Positions 1 to 12,900 of a DNA stretch of 64,000 nt are shown here, in pieces. Both the position numbers and the translations under genes were made by a program. Below the pieces are notes generated by a model. It worked only from the letters and a program-made list of their open reading frames with translations, did not search any database and had not been told where the DNA came from. Every line of letters starts with the position of its first letter. Within the stretch, counting starts at the first letter, position 1. The stretch comes from an uncultured Gemmataceae bacterium (GTDB taxonomy: Bacteria; Planctomycetota; Planctomycetia; Gemmatales; Gemmataceae): NCBI GenBank assembly GCA_963750165.1, contig CAVVPN010000009.1:32001-96000 (forward strand), in the 5' to 3' direction.

Positions 1-3000
1 TGCTGCTCAGGCTGCTCAGGAAGCCGGTGTTGGAACCGCCGGAATTGCCGACGCTGTCGGCCAGCTGGGAGTCGGTCTCCGAATCGGAGCCGAGATCCAT
101 GGCATCCGAAGTACCGGTAACGGTAGTGGAATTGTTGAGGTTGGTTCCCGCACCGAAGACGAAGTTGCCGAAACTGATGGTCCCGTTCGACAAGCTTTGC
201 GCCACCTGGTCCAGGGAGTCGAGTGTGGACAGGATCGAAACGAGCTGACCGAGTTCGGAACCGCCTGAGCCCAGCAGCGAGATCGCATCGGCGAACGTCA
301 AGGGCCCCTGACCCAGGAGTTCATACAGGTCGGAGATGATTGGGACGTCTTGATTCAAAAAGTTGAGGATCGGTTGGATCGGGGCGAGGTAAGATTCCAC
401 CTTCGCCATGATCGGACCGATGGTCTTCTTGATGAAATCGCCCAGGTTCAGGGTGATGTTGTAGAACCCGCCGGTGGGCGTGGAGCCATTATTGCCCACC
501 TGGCTGCCGGTACCGAAGGTCCAGTTGAGCAGCAGGTCGGTGGAAAGCGAGGGCAAGTTGGGGTCCATCCCCAGGTCGGCCGTCAGGTGCAGGTCGATGT
601 TCACCGTGGCGTTGGCATTGAAGCTCGAACCGAAGAGAGACGCTCCCAGATCGGTGATCGGGATTTGGCCGTTGCCCTGGGGGTCGCCGGGCGTGACGGT
701 CAGGTTGGCGGCGACGTAGGTGTCGCTGGGTTGACCGCTGTTGTGGCCCGCGTTGGGGGTGCCCGCCGGGGGCACGGTGTTGCTGGTGGCCAGAAGGTCG
801 AGGAAAAAGAGCTGGGCCTGGAACGTGGAGCCCGGGGCGAGACTGGCGCCCACGTTAAAATTCATGCTGGTGCCTTTGACGTCGAAATAGAACCCGTTCT
901 CCTTGCTCAATTCGAACTTGAGGCCGATGTTGTAACCCAGGCCGATGGTGATGCCGCCGGTCGTCGAAAAGTTCAGAGGCAATCCCCCCAGGCCCAGATT
1001 GAAGCTGGAGGTGTAGCTGTCGGTGCCCTTGATGCTCAATTTGAACACCACGTTGCCGGTGTTCGGGTCAACGTAAACCATGTTGGCGAGTTGGCTGACC
1101 GTCGTGACCAGGTTGCCGTTCAAGTCCTGGAGGATGCCCAGCGCGGCATCCCCCTCGGGCGGACTGGCCGGCGAGCCCAGTTCGTCCAGGATGAGCGTCT
1201 GTAACGGCATGAGCTGGCTGTTCGTGAGCGTGCTGCCGCTCGGCCATGCGAAGGACGTGAGGGGCGTGACAAAGTCGTCTTGTAGCTTCTGGATGAAACC
1301 GCCCGCCAGATTGAGGTCGTGTCCCACCAGCGGCAGCTGGCCGATGATGTTGCTTTGCAGGGCCGTCTCGAGCGCGGTCAAGAAGGCGTTGAGGCCGTCG
1401 GTGATGTTCGAGAAATCAAAGCTGGAGAGCAGGGCGCTCAAATCCAGTTGTGGGTTCACCCAGGTGTTCGGCTGGGTGATATTATTGGTATTGGCGTCAA
1501 TGCTAATGGAACCAACGGGGATGCTGAGAATTTGAATGGGCAGGTTGGCACTCAATTTCCAGTCGAAATTGACACTAACGTCCGAACTCAGGTTGCTCAC
1601 GATGTCGGTGATGGGCGTCGCGGCGTTGGTCGTGTTGATCGTCAACGCCAGACTCGCCGGGCCGTTATTCTCGTTGTTGCCCAGGGCGACGGTCGCCGGC
1701 GAACCCGAATAGCCGATGCTGGCCACCGAGAAACCACCGAGCGATCCTGTCAGCATCAGGTTGGTACCGGCAATGCTTGCGGTCAAACTGGCCGTCGTGG
1801 TGTTCAGCAGGAAGGGAGTGTTCGAGTTCAGGTCATAGCCGAAGTCGAGTTCCAGGTTGCCTCCCACGGTGGCGACGACGGTGCCGCTCGAAGAGAACGA
1901 CAACGGCCCCACTCCCGGGATGGACAGGCCGTTCAACGATAGCGTCTGCGAGGCGGAGGGCGTCAGCTTCAGCTTGATTTCGATCGCCTGGTCGTTGTTC
2001 AGAGAAGGAACGGTGGCGAAGGAGACGGTGACGCTGCCGGCCGGCAGTCCGAGGGCGTTGGTGATCGCCGGCCCCAGGTTTTGCACGCCCGGGAGGTCGC
2101 CTGTCAAACTGTTCAGGAGGGAAGTAAACGTGCTCTGGTAGGAAGTGGGCAACGAGTTAATCGCGTCTTGCAACGCACCCACGGCCGCGGTCGCGGCGCT
2201 GAAAAAGGCAGAGGTGGCGTCGGTGAACTGGTTCTGTGCCGCCTGGCCGGATTGGGTGATGAGCGTCTGTAACAAGCTGGGGACCATCGCAATCTGGCTC
2301 TGGTAGGCGGCAGGCAGACTTTGAATGTCCGCGTTCAGTTGCGCCAGCAAACCGGGGTTCACCGTCACCGGACCGGTGGCGGTGAGTTGGCCACCCGTCG
2401 GCAAGGTGATGTTGAAAGTGCCTGTGCTCCCTGTAACCGTGACGTTTCCAGCCAGAGCCGGAATCGTGGAGAGGTTCGCTTGAATCGCGCTGGCCGTGGT
2501 GGACGAACTATAGTTCAGCGCAGAGGTCGCCGCGGTGCCATTGTAACTGAACGTGACATTCCCCGAGCCCGTGAAATGGACCATGTCCCCTTGCAGGTCG
2601 GCAATCAGAGAGGCCGGATTGTTCAGCGCGGTCAAGGCCGTGACTACGGTATTGAGCGTCGTCCCAATTCCGGACAGGTCGTCCAGGCTTTTGTTGATGA
2701 TCGGCAGCTTGGTGCTGAAGGCGCCAAAATTCTGCAACATCGACACGACGCTGGTAATGGTGGTCAGAATGTCGCCGTCGTTGAAGGCCGACAACTGGTT
2801 GCCCACGGAGTCGATGAAGCCGCTCAACAGACTGGTAAAATCGGCGTTGGGTTCGATCTGGAAGCTGCCCAGGTCGTTGGGGGTGGCCAGGCTCAGCACG
2901 ATGGCCGGGTGCAACGAACCGACGCTGATCCCCGGCACGCCGCTCACCGAGAGCGGCAGCGTGCCGTTGACGCTGGCGGTGATCGGTTGCAGCGTGAGCA

Positions 3001-6000
3001 ACGCACCGGCGCCAGAGGAAGCTGCCGTGGCCAGGGCGCTCAGGGACAGCGAGTTGGCGGGATTCGGGTAGCTCGTATCCGATGAACTGGCGCCCGAGGT
3101 ATTCAGGGTCACGCCCGTGCCGATGGTAATGCTAACGCTGCCGTTCTGCACGCCGACGCTCAGCGTTCCCAGGGCTGCCGACAGGTTGATGGTCGGCGCC
3201 GACAGGCTGGCGGACACGGTCACGCTCGGGCTGTTGAGCAGGAAGAGGTCGGACAGGATCGAGGAAGGCGCCGCGGCGAGCGCTGCCAGGTTGATGCCGA
3301 CACCGCCTTGCACCACGGCGTTGGCGGCGAAGGTTGCCTGGGTCGAGCCGGCGATGGTCAGCGGCCCGAAACTGTTGCCGAAGTTCAGATAGACGCTTTG
3401 GCTGTAACTACCGTGAATGTTCACGACGAAGCTGAGCGACTCCGTGGTGGGGTCGTAGCTTAACCCCAGCGCGCTGGGGGCCACGCCCAGCACGTTCGCC
3501 AGCACGGGGAGCAACGCCTGGATGGTCGTGGGCTGGCTGCTGCCGGCGCCGTTGGCGAACCCGAGCAGGTTGGCCGCCGTGGCGTTGGCCGAACTGATCG
3601 TGAACTGAGCAACCGACGCATTGACCGCCAGCAACTCGATCTGCCCGTTCGAGGCCACCGCCTGGAGCGACGAGGACAGGTTCGCGGTGGTCAGCGCCGA
3701 ATTGATCGCCGTCGCCAGGTCGTTGATGCTCGCGTCGTTTTGAGTTAAAGCCTGGGTGACGTGGACGCTGACGGGCGCCGCGCTGCCAAGGGCGACGGAG
3801 AAATCGGCCTCGGCGCCGAGTTGGTAGTTGGCGGGCAGGTTGCCGACGCCCACCAGCACCTGCCGTTGCAGCTGATTCACGAGGTTGGAAGTGGTCTGCG
3901 TGAAGTCGATGATGTTGGAAATCTGCGAGCCGATCAGCGGGATACTGCTCCCGGGGTTCAGGTTGCCGGCAATGGTCTGCAGCGAGGAGCCGAGGTTGTT
4001 GAAAATGCTCCCGAAATCGCCCGCGGTCAAATTCTGGAACGGCGTCAGCTGGTTGTTGGGATCGCTGATATTCACAGTGGGGGCCGAGCCGTTGAACAGG
4101 TTGTCGTCCGACAGGACGACGGCTGGCGGGTTCGCCGGATTGATGCTGATGCCCGGCACCCCGTTCACATTCAGCGGCAGATCGGCGTAGAGCGACCCGG
4201 ACGGTTGCAGCGTCACGAAACTGTCGATCCCGCTTCCTTCAAGAGCGCTCAGGGTGATGTTGCCGTTGCCAGCGCTGGAGTTGGGGTTCTGAAACACGAC
4301 GCCGATCGCCGCATCCAGTTCGACGGCGCCGTTCTTCACGCCCGCATCGAGAAAGCCCTCGTGAATCCCAAAGTTGAGATTGCTGGCGGAGATGGCGACG
4401 CCGACGTTCATGGAGTGGATGTTGACAAAAAACGCATTCGCCGCGGTCAGGCCCGGAGTCAGATCGAGCCCGAAGCTGAAATTCATGTCCAGCGTCGTGG
4501 TCACGCTGACCTGCGCCGAGGCGTCGAGACCCAGCCCCAGCGCCGACAACCCCGAGCCCAGGTCGAGGTTGACTGTGTGCGTTTGCGTGATTTCGAGATT
4601 GAGCGAGAACACCAAATCGTTGCCTTGCAGTCCGCCGGTGACGTTCGAGACCGTGACCGGATCGGTTTGATTGAGCGTGTTGAGTCCGGCAACAAAGTCG
4701 TTGGGCGAGTTGTAGGTTTGCCCGGACTGCTGCAGGGGCGTCACGACGCTGTTTTGCCAGGCGTTGTTGAGGGCGAGTTCTTGCCCGGCCGACTGGTCGT
4801 CGATCGGCATGGGCTGGTTGAAGGCGCCGTCGCTGTCCAGCGCGGGGCCGACGTTCTGGCCGAAGCCCTGCAGGCCGGCGAGCAGCTCGCTTTGGTCCGC
4901 CGGCGTGATCGTATTGAAGGGATACAACGTACTGATCGTCTGGACGCCGCTGTAGTAGCGGTCGATCGAGGAGGAAGCGATCGAGCCCGGTGTAGTAGCG
5001 TTGCCATTGGCATACGTTGCGGGGGGGGTGGTATTTTGCGCCTCGACCACCCATTGCAGGGTGTAGGAATCCCCTGCAGACAGCGTGGGTAACAAGTTCT
5101 GCCAGGCTGCCGCTGACGGAGTAAAGCTGTAGCTGGCGGTGGTGGCGTTGGGATTGACCGGGGTGACGCCGGTCACCGTGATGGTCCCCTGAGAAACGAA
5201 ACTGGTGTCGAAGAACTCCAGCTGGAAATTATTCAGTCCGTTCGGCGCCGTGACGTCCCACGTGAAGGTCGGCGGCTGGGTGGCGGACACCGTGGAAATC
5301 AGTCCCCACGGCGAAATGCCCTCGGCGCCCAGGGTCGCGCCTGCATTGGCTCTGTCGCCGTCGCTCAAAGGACCGGCGATGGCGTCCCAGGCCTGGCCCA
5401 TCGTGAGAGCGCTCGCACTGCGGACATCGTTGAACAACGTCACGTCCGAGACGACTCCGCTTTGCGTCAGTCGATAGAGCGACGCTGCCACTGCCAACTC
5501 TTCGTCTTCGCCAAAATTCATCTTGCCGGCGAAGGTCACACCAATGCCAACCTGCGTCAAGAGATTGACATGGATGTTGCTATCCTCAGTATCGTCGTAG
5601 GTCGGGCCATTCACGTTCGGCACGGACTGGACGTAGGGCTGCGCGGCCTGGTCGCGCTCCGCGGCCAGGGCGAAATAGGTGCCCCACCCTTCGTTCCACG
5701 CCAGGCCCAGAGATTCGTGGGTGCCAAAATTATGGGTGCCCCCGGCGGTTGCGAGAAAATTATAACTGGAAGCAACGTAGTGCCCGTACTCGTGCAGGAT
5801 CACGTCCCAATCGTAGCCGTCCAGGGTCAGCAGGTTAATGGTGGTCGTGTTCGGGTCAAAGTCGGTGCCCGTGCTGCCGAGCTTGACTACGATCTGGGCG
5901 GGCGGGCTCAGGGACGATCCGGTCAGGAGGTCTGTTTTGACGTAAGTGCCGCCGGTAACAATAGCGTCATCCACGCTGAACGCACGCTGCAAGGAGTCGT

Positions 6001-6638
6001 CAGCCGAAGCCAGGGGCGGCGCGTTCGAGCCCGCACTGAGGGTTGGCATGGAATACGTGGTAACGTCCGAGGGCTCGGCCACGATGAAATCCTGGGAAGT
6101 CATCGAGTAGACCACCCCGGTGCTGTTGTTGACCACCTGGGCGAACGACGACTGTGCGGAAATGACGGCGCGCAGGTCCAAAGATCCGGTCGTGTTATAG
6201 GTGACGATGGCCTGATAAGAACCGTTGACATCCGTGGTGATCGTCGCGTTGCCGCTGCCGTCGGTTTGCTGCGGCGCTGTGGTCGAGCCGTCGGGCATCA
6301 CTTGCAGGATCTGCACGGGCGCCAGCGCGATCGGGTGCGGCATCCCCAGCTGGTCCAACCACTGCGCGTGCCCGGTCAGCGTAATGGTGGCCGGAGTAAC
6401 CCGAACTTCCAGAACCTCCAAATTTGGCCAGTAATACGCCGGCTGCGCGCAAAGGCCGCCGCCGCTGCAGGGAGGCACGGCGCTCCGCGTCCAGGACCTC
6501 GTTCAACCGATCTCTCGCCAGCGGCTCGACGAACCGCGACCGCCCAGAACTGGAGCGCGCGCCTTTCTTCTGGAACAGGCGCGAAAACCAACTGCCGAAG
6601 GACCGAAATTTCGTGGCAGTCTTCGAAGGAATGGGCAT
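1..6638 (-). CDS. Giant secreted LEPR-XLL-type protein (>2100 aa, 3' end outside window) with N-terminal zincin-like HExxH domain; apparent frameshift near 6450
   Basis: ATG at 6638 preceded by GAGG. Basic N-terminus, then a frame change to PNLEVLEVRVTPA (LEPR-XLL-like). The frame at ~6416, 5780 and position 20 is the same. HEYGH at 5780-5794 followed by WNEGWG. T/S/N/G-rich body. Missing from the ORF track because it has no stop in the window. Confidence 0.8.
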
Positions 6639-6780
6639 GGTGGGACCTCTTTTTTGAATTCTGCCTGAAACGGGGAGACGAAACCGTTGGCCGTATTCTG
6701 GTCATGCGCTTGCCGGGCGCGGCCGACGCTTAAAGACCAATAGCGGTCTTTATGGCGACTTAACCAGACGAAAGAACACA

Positions 6781-6900
6781 GGGAGCGTCCAGGCTGCATT
6801 GCACGCTCCAAAAAGCGCAGGGAAGCACCCTGGGCGTTCGTTCACTGAACGCGCGTTTTTCCGAGCAACCCGAGGGTGTGCAACACTGCCGGGACACCAC
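6781..6900 (-). promoter_or_regulatory. Conserved upstream element, copy 1 (homologous to 27588-27709)
   Basis: Reverse complement aligns with 27588-27709; identical 21-nt core CTCGGGTTGCTCGGAAAAACG. Confidence 0.65.
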
Positions 6901-7293
6901 CGAGAATATGATCCCGGGTGGAATGGTCATCAAGGGTCGAGTTTAGAGAACCTCCGTGTCTTCCTCGGCCGGCGCTGGTGCCGTCTGACGCGGCACCTTG
7001 GGAGAGGAAACCAATCTGGGCCGAGCGATCTTGCCTGCTGGAGCGTCCGGGCCGTTCGGTACACCCGGAATGGGCGCAGTGCTGCCTCGGGACCACCCTA
7101 ATCGGCTCTTCGAAATAGAGGGATGGCTCGTCGGGAATTTTTAGTGGTGTTATTGTTGTAAGGCCGTGGGGGCATGTCAAGGAAATTTTAGTCGATGGGA
7201 AAACTTTCTTTTCTGTCGGTTTTGTTGTGATTTATTGATGCCGACACGGAAAAACCGTGGGGTTTTCACTACCAGAAGCCGTTGCGGACGCAA

Positions 7294-7353
7294 GTAGGAC
7301 GGCTCTCCCGAGCCGTCTTCTTCGGCGGCGACGGCTCGGGAGAGCCGTCCTAC
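7294..7353. repeat. GTAG-type REP-like inverted repeat
   Basis: GTAGGACGGCTCTCCCGAGCCGTC ... GACGGCTCGGGAGAGCCGTCCTAC, just past the glycosyltransferase stop. Confidence 0.8.
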
Positions 7354-7362
7354 AGGATGATC

Positions 7363-8594
7363 TTACCTGCCGGGGTAATAGGGTGTTCGGTGCGCGTGCA
7401 AGGCATCCTCGTACAGGGCCAGCATGCGCGGCAGGCTGACTTCGAGGCTGTAGTGCTCCCGAATCATCTTCACCCCCGCCTGGCCCAGGTGCTTGTAATC
7501 CCGTGGGGCGTCCAGCACCTTGCCGGCCAGGTTCGCCAGGCCTTCGACATCGAAAAACTCCGCCAGCAGTCCATTCTCGCCGTCCCGGATCATCTCCCGC
7601 ACCGGCGCCGTGTTCGACGCCAGCACCGTCGTGCCGCACGACAGGGCATTCATGACCGACCAGGACAGCACGAAGGGGACGGTCAGGTAAACGTGCAGAT
7701 CGCTGAGGGCAAACAGCTGGGCCAACGCCGGCGCGGGCAACAGCCCGGTAAAGAGAAAACGGGACAGATCGTACTGGTCCCGGGACAGCACCCATTGCTT
7801 GAAGCTCTTCTGGCCCGTCACCTCCTCGTCCCCCCCATAGCAAACCCGGTCCTCGCCAACGACCACGAACAGGACGTCCTGGCGCCGCTGGCAAAGCAGC
7901 CTGGCGAGCTTCATGAAAATGTCGAAGCCACGCATGCTCTCCAGGCCGCGCGAGACGTAGGTGACCACGCGGACGTCGTCCGGAATGGCCCGGTCCGTGA
8001 CGCGGCGCGGGACGCCGGCCAGGGGGTGCCACAGCGTCGTGTCGATGCCGTCGAAGATCGTCCTGATCTTCGGCCGAAAGGTCGCCGGAAAGAGGCTCTG
8101 CTGCCAGCGTGTCGGGCTGTAGCCGGCATCGCAATTCTCCAGGTCCAGCAACAAGTGGGCGTTGCGCGCGCGGCGCGCAGCCGGTGGAGCGCCGGGCTGG
8201 GAAAGTCCGGTCGAAAATCCATGTCCGCGCCGATCGTGTGATAGTAGAACTCGAAGTAATTCACGACCGGGCAGTCCCACAATTCGCGCAGGAACACCGT
8301 CGATAGAAAGCCGGCATGAGCGACGATCAGATCGGGCTTGATCTCGGGCCGTTGCGCCAGCGCCTCGTAGACCGCGTGCGAGTGCCAGATGGCGTTTTCG
8401 AAGCTGCGGCTGCAATAATGGGTTCTCTCGGTAGCCCCGCCGCGCGTGCGGTACTGCACGCACTCGATGCCGCCGACGTTCCCGGCCGGCTTCTCCGACA
8501 CGAACGTGCAGCGGAACCGCTTGTGCTTGACCAGGTAATTGGCGATGTGTCCGAACTGGGCCGGAAAGTTCTGATGGATGAAGAGCACGTGCAT
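7363..8594 (-). CDS. Glycosyltransferase family 4 protein (frameshift near 8172)
   Basis: N-terminus MHVLFIHQNFPAQF in one frame; C-terminus RGLESMRGFDIF...HVYLTVPFVLSWS in another. Confidence 0.85.
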
Positions 8595-8719
8595 GACCGC
8601 ATCTCCGGGACCCGGCCGGCACAGCCGCCGTCCAGGTTTTGCCAGCGCCAGTGGACACTTTAGCATGACGAGTGAGCCAAATCAGCCCCTGCTCGGCGTA
8701 AAATGAAGATAAGGGGCAG

Positions 8720-9010
8720 TTGAGTGAGGAGGGCAAAGCCATGCTCGGACCCGGCGAATCTGTCCCCGACGTCACCGAGGGCCTTACCTCCGTCGCCGAC
8801 CTTCCCAAGCCGCGCATCGAACCAAGCACGAACGACATCGTCGCCTTTCAGCTGAGCAACTCTTTTGTCGGGCTGGACCATTTGACCTACTCCCGGGTCG
8901 GGGGCAGCGGCCCGGCCGTCCCGGAGCCGTCCTCCCTCATGCTGGGCGCCATGGCCCTCGCGGGTCTTCAGGCCTACCGTTGGGTGCGCTGCAAACCCCG
9001 GAAGACCTGA
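8720..9010 (+). pseudogene. Truncated or chimeric PEP-CTERM protein remnant
   Basis: Ends VPEPSSLMLGAMALAGL..RWVRCKPRK. No signal peptide, and only ~125 bp to the divergent neighbouring gene. Confidence 0.55.
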
Positions 9011-9295
9011 CGGGAGCGCTGGACGCCCCCGGCCACGCTGCCAGCCTGCTCCGCAGTTGGGGTTCGCCACGCCCGGGCTCCCTCTGCGCCGATTCCTTGC
9101 TCCTGAAACCTCAAGTCGTGAACGCCGGCGGACGGTGCGCCGTCCCCTTTCGCCCGCCTCTTCGTACCGGATGGGCTTCTTTCTACTGAGATGTCGCTGC
9201 CGCAACCGAACCATACTTCCACCATGCGTCCAACGTCGGCCGCACGCCATGCTGACTCCTGGTTGACCAGGCTCCGGGAGCTATAATCAGCCTTC

Positions 9296-9853
9296 ATGAG
9301 CGAGGTCACTCAGATCCTGCACGCCATCGCCGAAGGCGACCCGCACGCCGCCGGGCAACTCTTGCCCCTCGTGTACGATGAACTGCGCCATCTGGCCGCC
9401 GTAAAGCTGGCCCAGGAGAAACCGGGACAGACGCTCGAAGCCACCGCCCTGGTCCACGAAGCGTATCTGCGGTTGGTCGGGGACGGGAAAGAACAGTACT
9501 GGGACAACCGCGGCCACTTCTTCGCCGCCGCCGCCGAGGCCATGCGCCGCATCCTCGTCGATCAGGCCCGCCGCAAGCAGGCCGACAAGCGCGGCGGCCA
9601 GGGTCAGCGCGTGTCCCTGGACGCCGCCGATGTCGGCCTCACATCGCCGGCCGACATCATCCTCGACATTGATGAAGCCCTGACCAGACTGGCCGCTGAG
9701 GACCCCCCGGCCGCCCGGCTGATCCAGCTCCGCTACTTCGCCGGGTTGTCGATCGAGGACGCCGCCGAGGTGGTCGGCCTCGCGCGCTCGACCGCCTACG
9801 AGCACTGGTCCTACGCCCGGGTCCGCCTCAAAACCCTGCTGGACGGAGAGTGA
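9296..9853 (+). CDS. ECF sigma factor, TIGR02999-type
   Basis: MSEVTQIL...LLPLVYDELR...TALVHEAYLRL...FFAAAAEAMRRILVD. Confidence 0.92.
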   Translation: MSEVTQILHAIAEGDPHAAGQLLPLVYDELRHLAAVKLAQEKPGQTLEATALVHEAYLRLVGDGKEQYWDNRGHFFAAAAEAMRRILVDQARRKQADKRGGQGQRVSLDAADVGLTSPADIILDIDEALTRLAAEDPPAARLIQLRYFAGLSIEDAAEVVGLARSTAYEHWSYARVRLKTLLDGE

Positions 9854-9947
9854 GCGGCAGGCGGGTCGAAACTTTTTTGCATTTCCTCCGGACGAATCCA
9901 ACCTGGAATCCGCATTGTAGGTGGCGAACCGAAAGGGACGTGATGCC

Positions 9948-12900
9948 ATGCCTGCAGACCTGCAAAAAGCCCGCGAGTTATTCCTTCACGCCGTGGGCAA
10001 GTTGCCTCCGGAGCAGTGGGACGGCTACGTCCGCGAAGCCTGCGGCGGGGATACCGAGCTGGAGCGGCAGGTGGGATACCTTCTCCAGGTTCACCGCGAA
10101 GTCGGCAGTTTCCTGGAACGGCCCGCCGCAGCCGTGGGGGCCACGGGGGCCTTCCTCCCCGTGCCTGGGGAAGAGGTCGCGGCGGTCCCCCTCAGCGAAC
10201 GCCCCGGTACGGTGATCGGCCCGTACAAGCTGCTGGAGCAGATCGGCGAAGGCGGCTTCGGTGTCGTCTTCCTGGCCCAGCAGACGCAGCCGGTGCGCCG
10301 CCAGGTGGCGCTGAAGGTCCTCAAGCCAGGCATGGACACCCGGCAGGTGGTCGCCCGCTTCGAGGCCGAGCGGCAGGCCCTGGCGCTGATGAATCATCCC
10401 AACATCGCCAGGGTGCTTGATGGCGGGCAGACCCGCAGCGGCCGGCCGTACTTTGTCATGGACCTGGTCAAGGGGCTGCCCATTACGGAGTACTGCGACC
10501 AGGCCAAGCTCACGCCCCGCGAGAGGCTGGAACTGTTCGTGCCTCTCTGCCAGGCGGTGCAGCACGCGCATCAGAAGGGTATTATCCACCGCGACCTCAA
10601 GCCGTCGAATGTGCTGGTCGCGGTGCATGACACCTACCCCGTGGTGAAGGTGATCGACTTTGGAGTGGCCAAGGCACTGGGGCAGGAACTGACGGACAAG
10701 ACGCTGTTCACCGGCTTCGCCCAGATGATCGGCACGCCGCTGTACATGTCGCCCGAACAGGCGGGGCAGAGCAGCCTGGACGTGGACACGCGGAGCGACA
10801 CTTACTCGCTGGGCGTGCTGCTGTACGAGTTGTTGACCGGCACGACGCCGTTCGACAAGGAGCGGTTACGGACGGTGGGCTATGACGAAATCCGGCGGGT
10901 GATCCGCGAGGAGGAACCGCTCCGGCCGAGCACGCGCATCAGCACGCTGGGGCAGGCCAAGGCCACCGTGTCGGCCAACCGCAAGAGTGATCCGAAGCGA
11001 CTCGGCCAACTCATGCGTGGCGAGCTGGACTGGATCGTGATGAAGGCGCTGGAAAAGGACCGCAACCGGCGTTACGAGACGGCGAACGGCTTCGCGATGG
11101 ACGTGCAGCGGTATCTGGCGGGGGAGCCGGTGCTGGCGGCGCCGGCGAGCCATTGGTATCGGCTGCGGAAGTTCGTGCGGCGGAATCGCGGATCGGTGAT
11201 CGCCGCCAGTCTGGTGCTCCTGGTGCTGGTCTTCGGGGTGATCGGCACGACGGTGGGGATGTTCGAGGCCAATCGGGCCGCAGCAGCAGAGCGTCAAGCC
11301 ACGAACCATGCCCTGGAGCAGAAACATTTGGCCGAACAGGCCGTCGAGCAGGAACGGCAGGCCAAGGCCCGCGAGGCCCAGCGGGCCGACGGTGAACAGA
11401 AGGAGAAGGTGAAGGCGGAGCGGAACCTGGCCTTCGCCAGGAAGGCCAACGAGATCCTCGGCGCGGTGTTCGCCGCGCTGGACCCAACGCAGATCGCGGA
11501 ATCGGGTCGGCCCCTGCAGGACGTGCTACGGGAGAACCTGAGCAGGGCCGTGAAGGAGCTGGAAGGCTCGGCCATCGGCGACCCGCTGGAGGTGGCCGCG
11601 ATGCAGAACAACCTCGGCCTGTCGTTGCTGGGTTTGGGCGAATACGCGCTGGCGATCGAGGTGTTCGGCAAAGCCTTGCAGACGCGGCAGGCGCAGCTCG
11701 GCGCCGACCACCCCGACACTCTCACCAGCAAGCACAACCTGGCCGCGGGCTACCAGGCCGCCTGGCAGCTCGACAAGGCCCTGCCGCTGTACCGGGAGAC
11801 GCTCCAGCTGATGAAGCCGAAGCTCGGCCCTGACCACCCCACCACGCTCACCACCATGAACAACCTGGCCATGACGTACGAGGAGGCCGGGCAGCTCGAC
11901 AAGGCCCTGCCGCTCCTTGAAAAGACGTTCGAGCTCACGAAGGCGAAACTCGGCCTCGACCATCCCAACACACTCGGCTGCATGAACAACCTGGCCATGG
12001 GCTACCAGGCCGCCTGGCAGCTCGACAAGGCCCTGCCGCTGTTCCGGGAGACGCTCCAACTCCGGCAGGACAAGCTCGGCGCCGACCACCCCGACACCCT
12101 CATCAGCATGAACAACCTGGCCGCGGGCTACCAGGCCGCCTGGCAGCTCGACAAGGCCCTGCCGCTGTTCCGGGAGACGCTCCAGCTGATGAAGGTGAAG
12201 CTCGGCCCCGACCACCCCAGGACGCTCGCCACCATGAACACCCTGGCCGGGTGCTACAAGGTCGCCGGGCAGCTCAACCTGGCCCTGCCGCTGTTCGAGG
12301 AGACACTCAAGCTCCGGCAGGCGAAGTTCGGCCCCGACCACCCCAGGACGCTCGCCACCATGAACGAACTGGCCGGGGGCTACATGGACGCCAGGCAACT
12401 CGATAAGGCTTTGCCGCTGTACCAGGAGACGCTCCAGCTCCGGAAGGTGAAGCGCGGCCCCGACCACCCCAACACCCTTGGTAGCATGAACGACCTGGCA
12501 TTGTGCTACCAGGTCGCCAGGCAGTTCGACAAGGCCCTGCCACTGTACCAGGAGACGCTCGAGCTGATGAAGGAGAAGCTCGGCCCTGACCACCCCATCA
12601 CGCTCGCCACCATGAACAACCTGGGCATGGCGTACCAGGAGGACGGGCAGCTCGACAAGGCCCTGCCGCTCCTTAAAGAGACGCTCGAACTCACGGAGGC
12701 GAAGCGCGGCCCCGACCACCCTAACACACTCGGCTGCATGAACAACCTGGGGGTGACGTACTGGCGGCTGAAACGCCTGGATCAGTCGATCCCACTCTTC
12801 GAAAGGACTCTCCCACTCCAGGAGAAGCTGCTGGGCAGGCAGCGCCCCCAAACGCAGCTGACCGTGGCCAACCTGGGGGTGAACTACCTGGACGCAGGCC

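Noticed and set aside
350..6733. Long plus-strand ORFs (e.g. 3761-5092, 5462-6733)
   Set aside because: Antisense shadows of the giant minus-strand gene. The same applies to most overlapping ORFs across this high-GC window.
9886..9908. TCCGGA-N9-CCTGGA as another copy of the dyad
   Set aside because: Different spacing and no flanking similarity.
11698..12900. Regularly spaced repeats as a CRISPR array
   Set aside because: In-frame 126-bp coding TPR units with no unique spacers and no cas genes.
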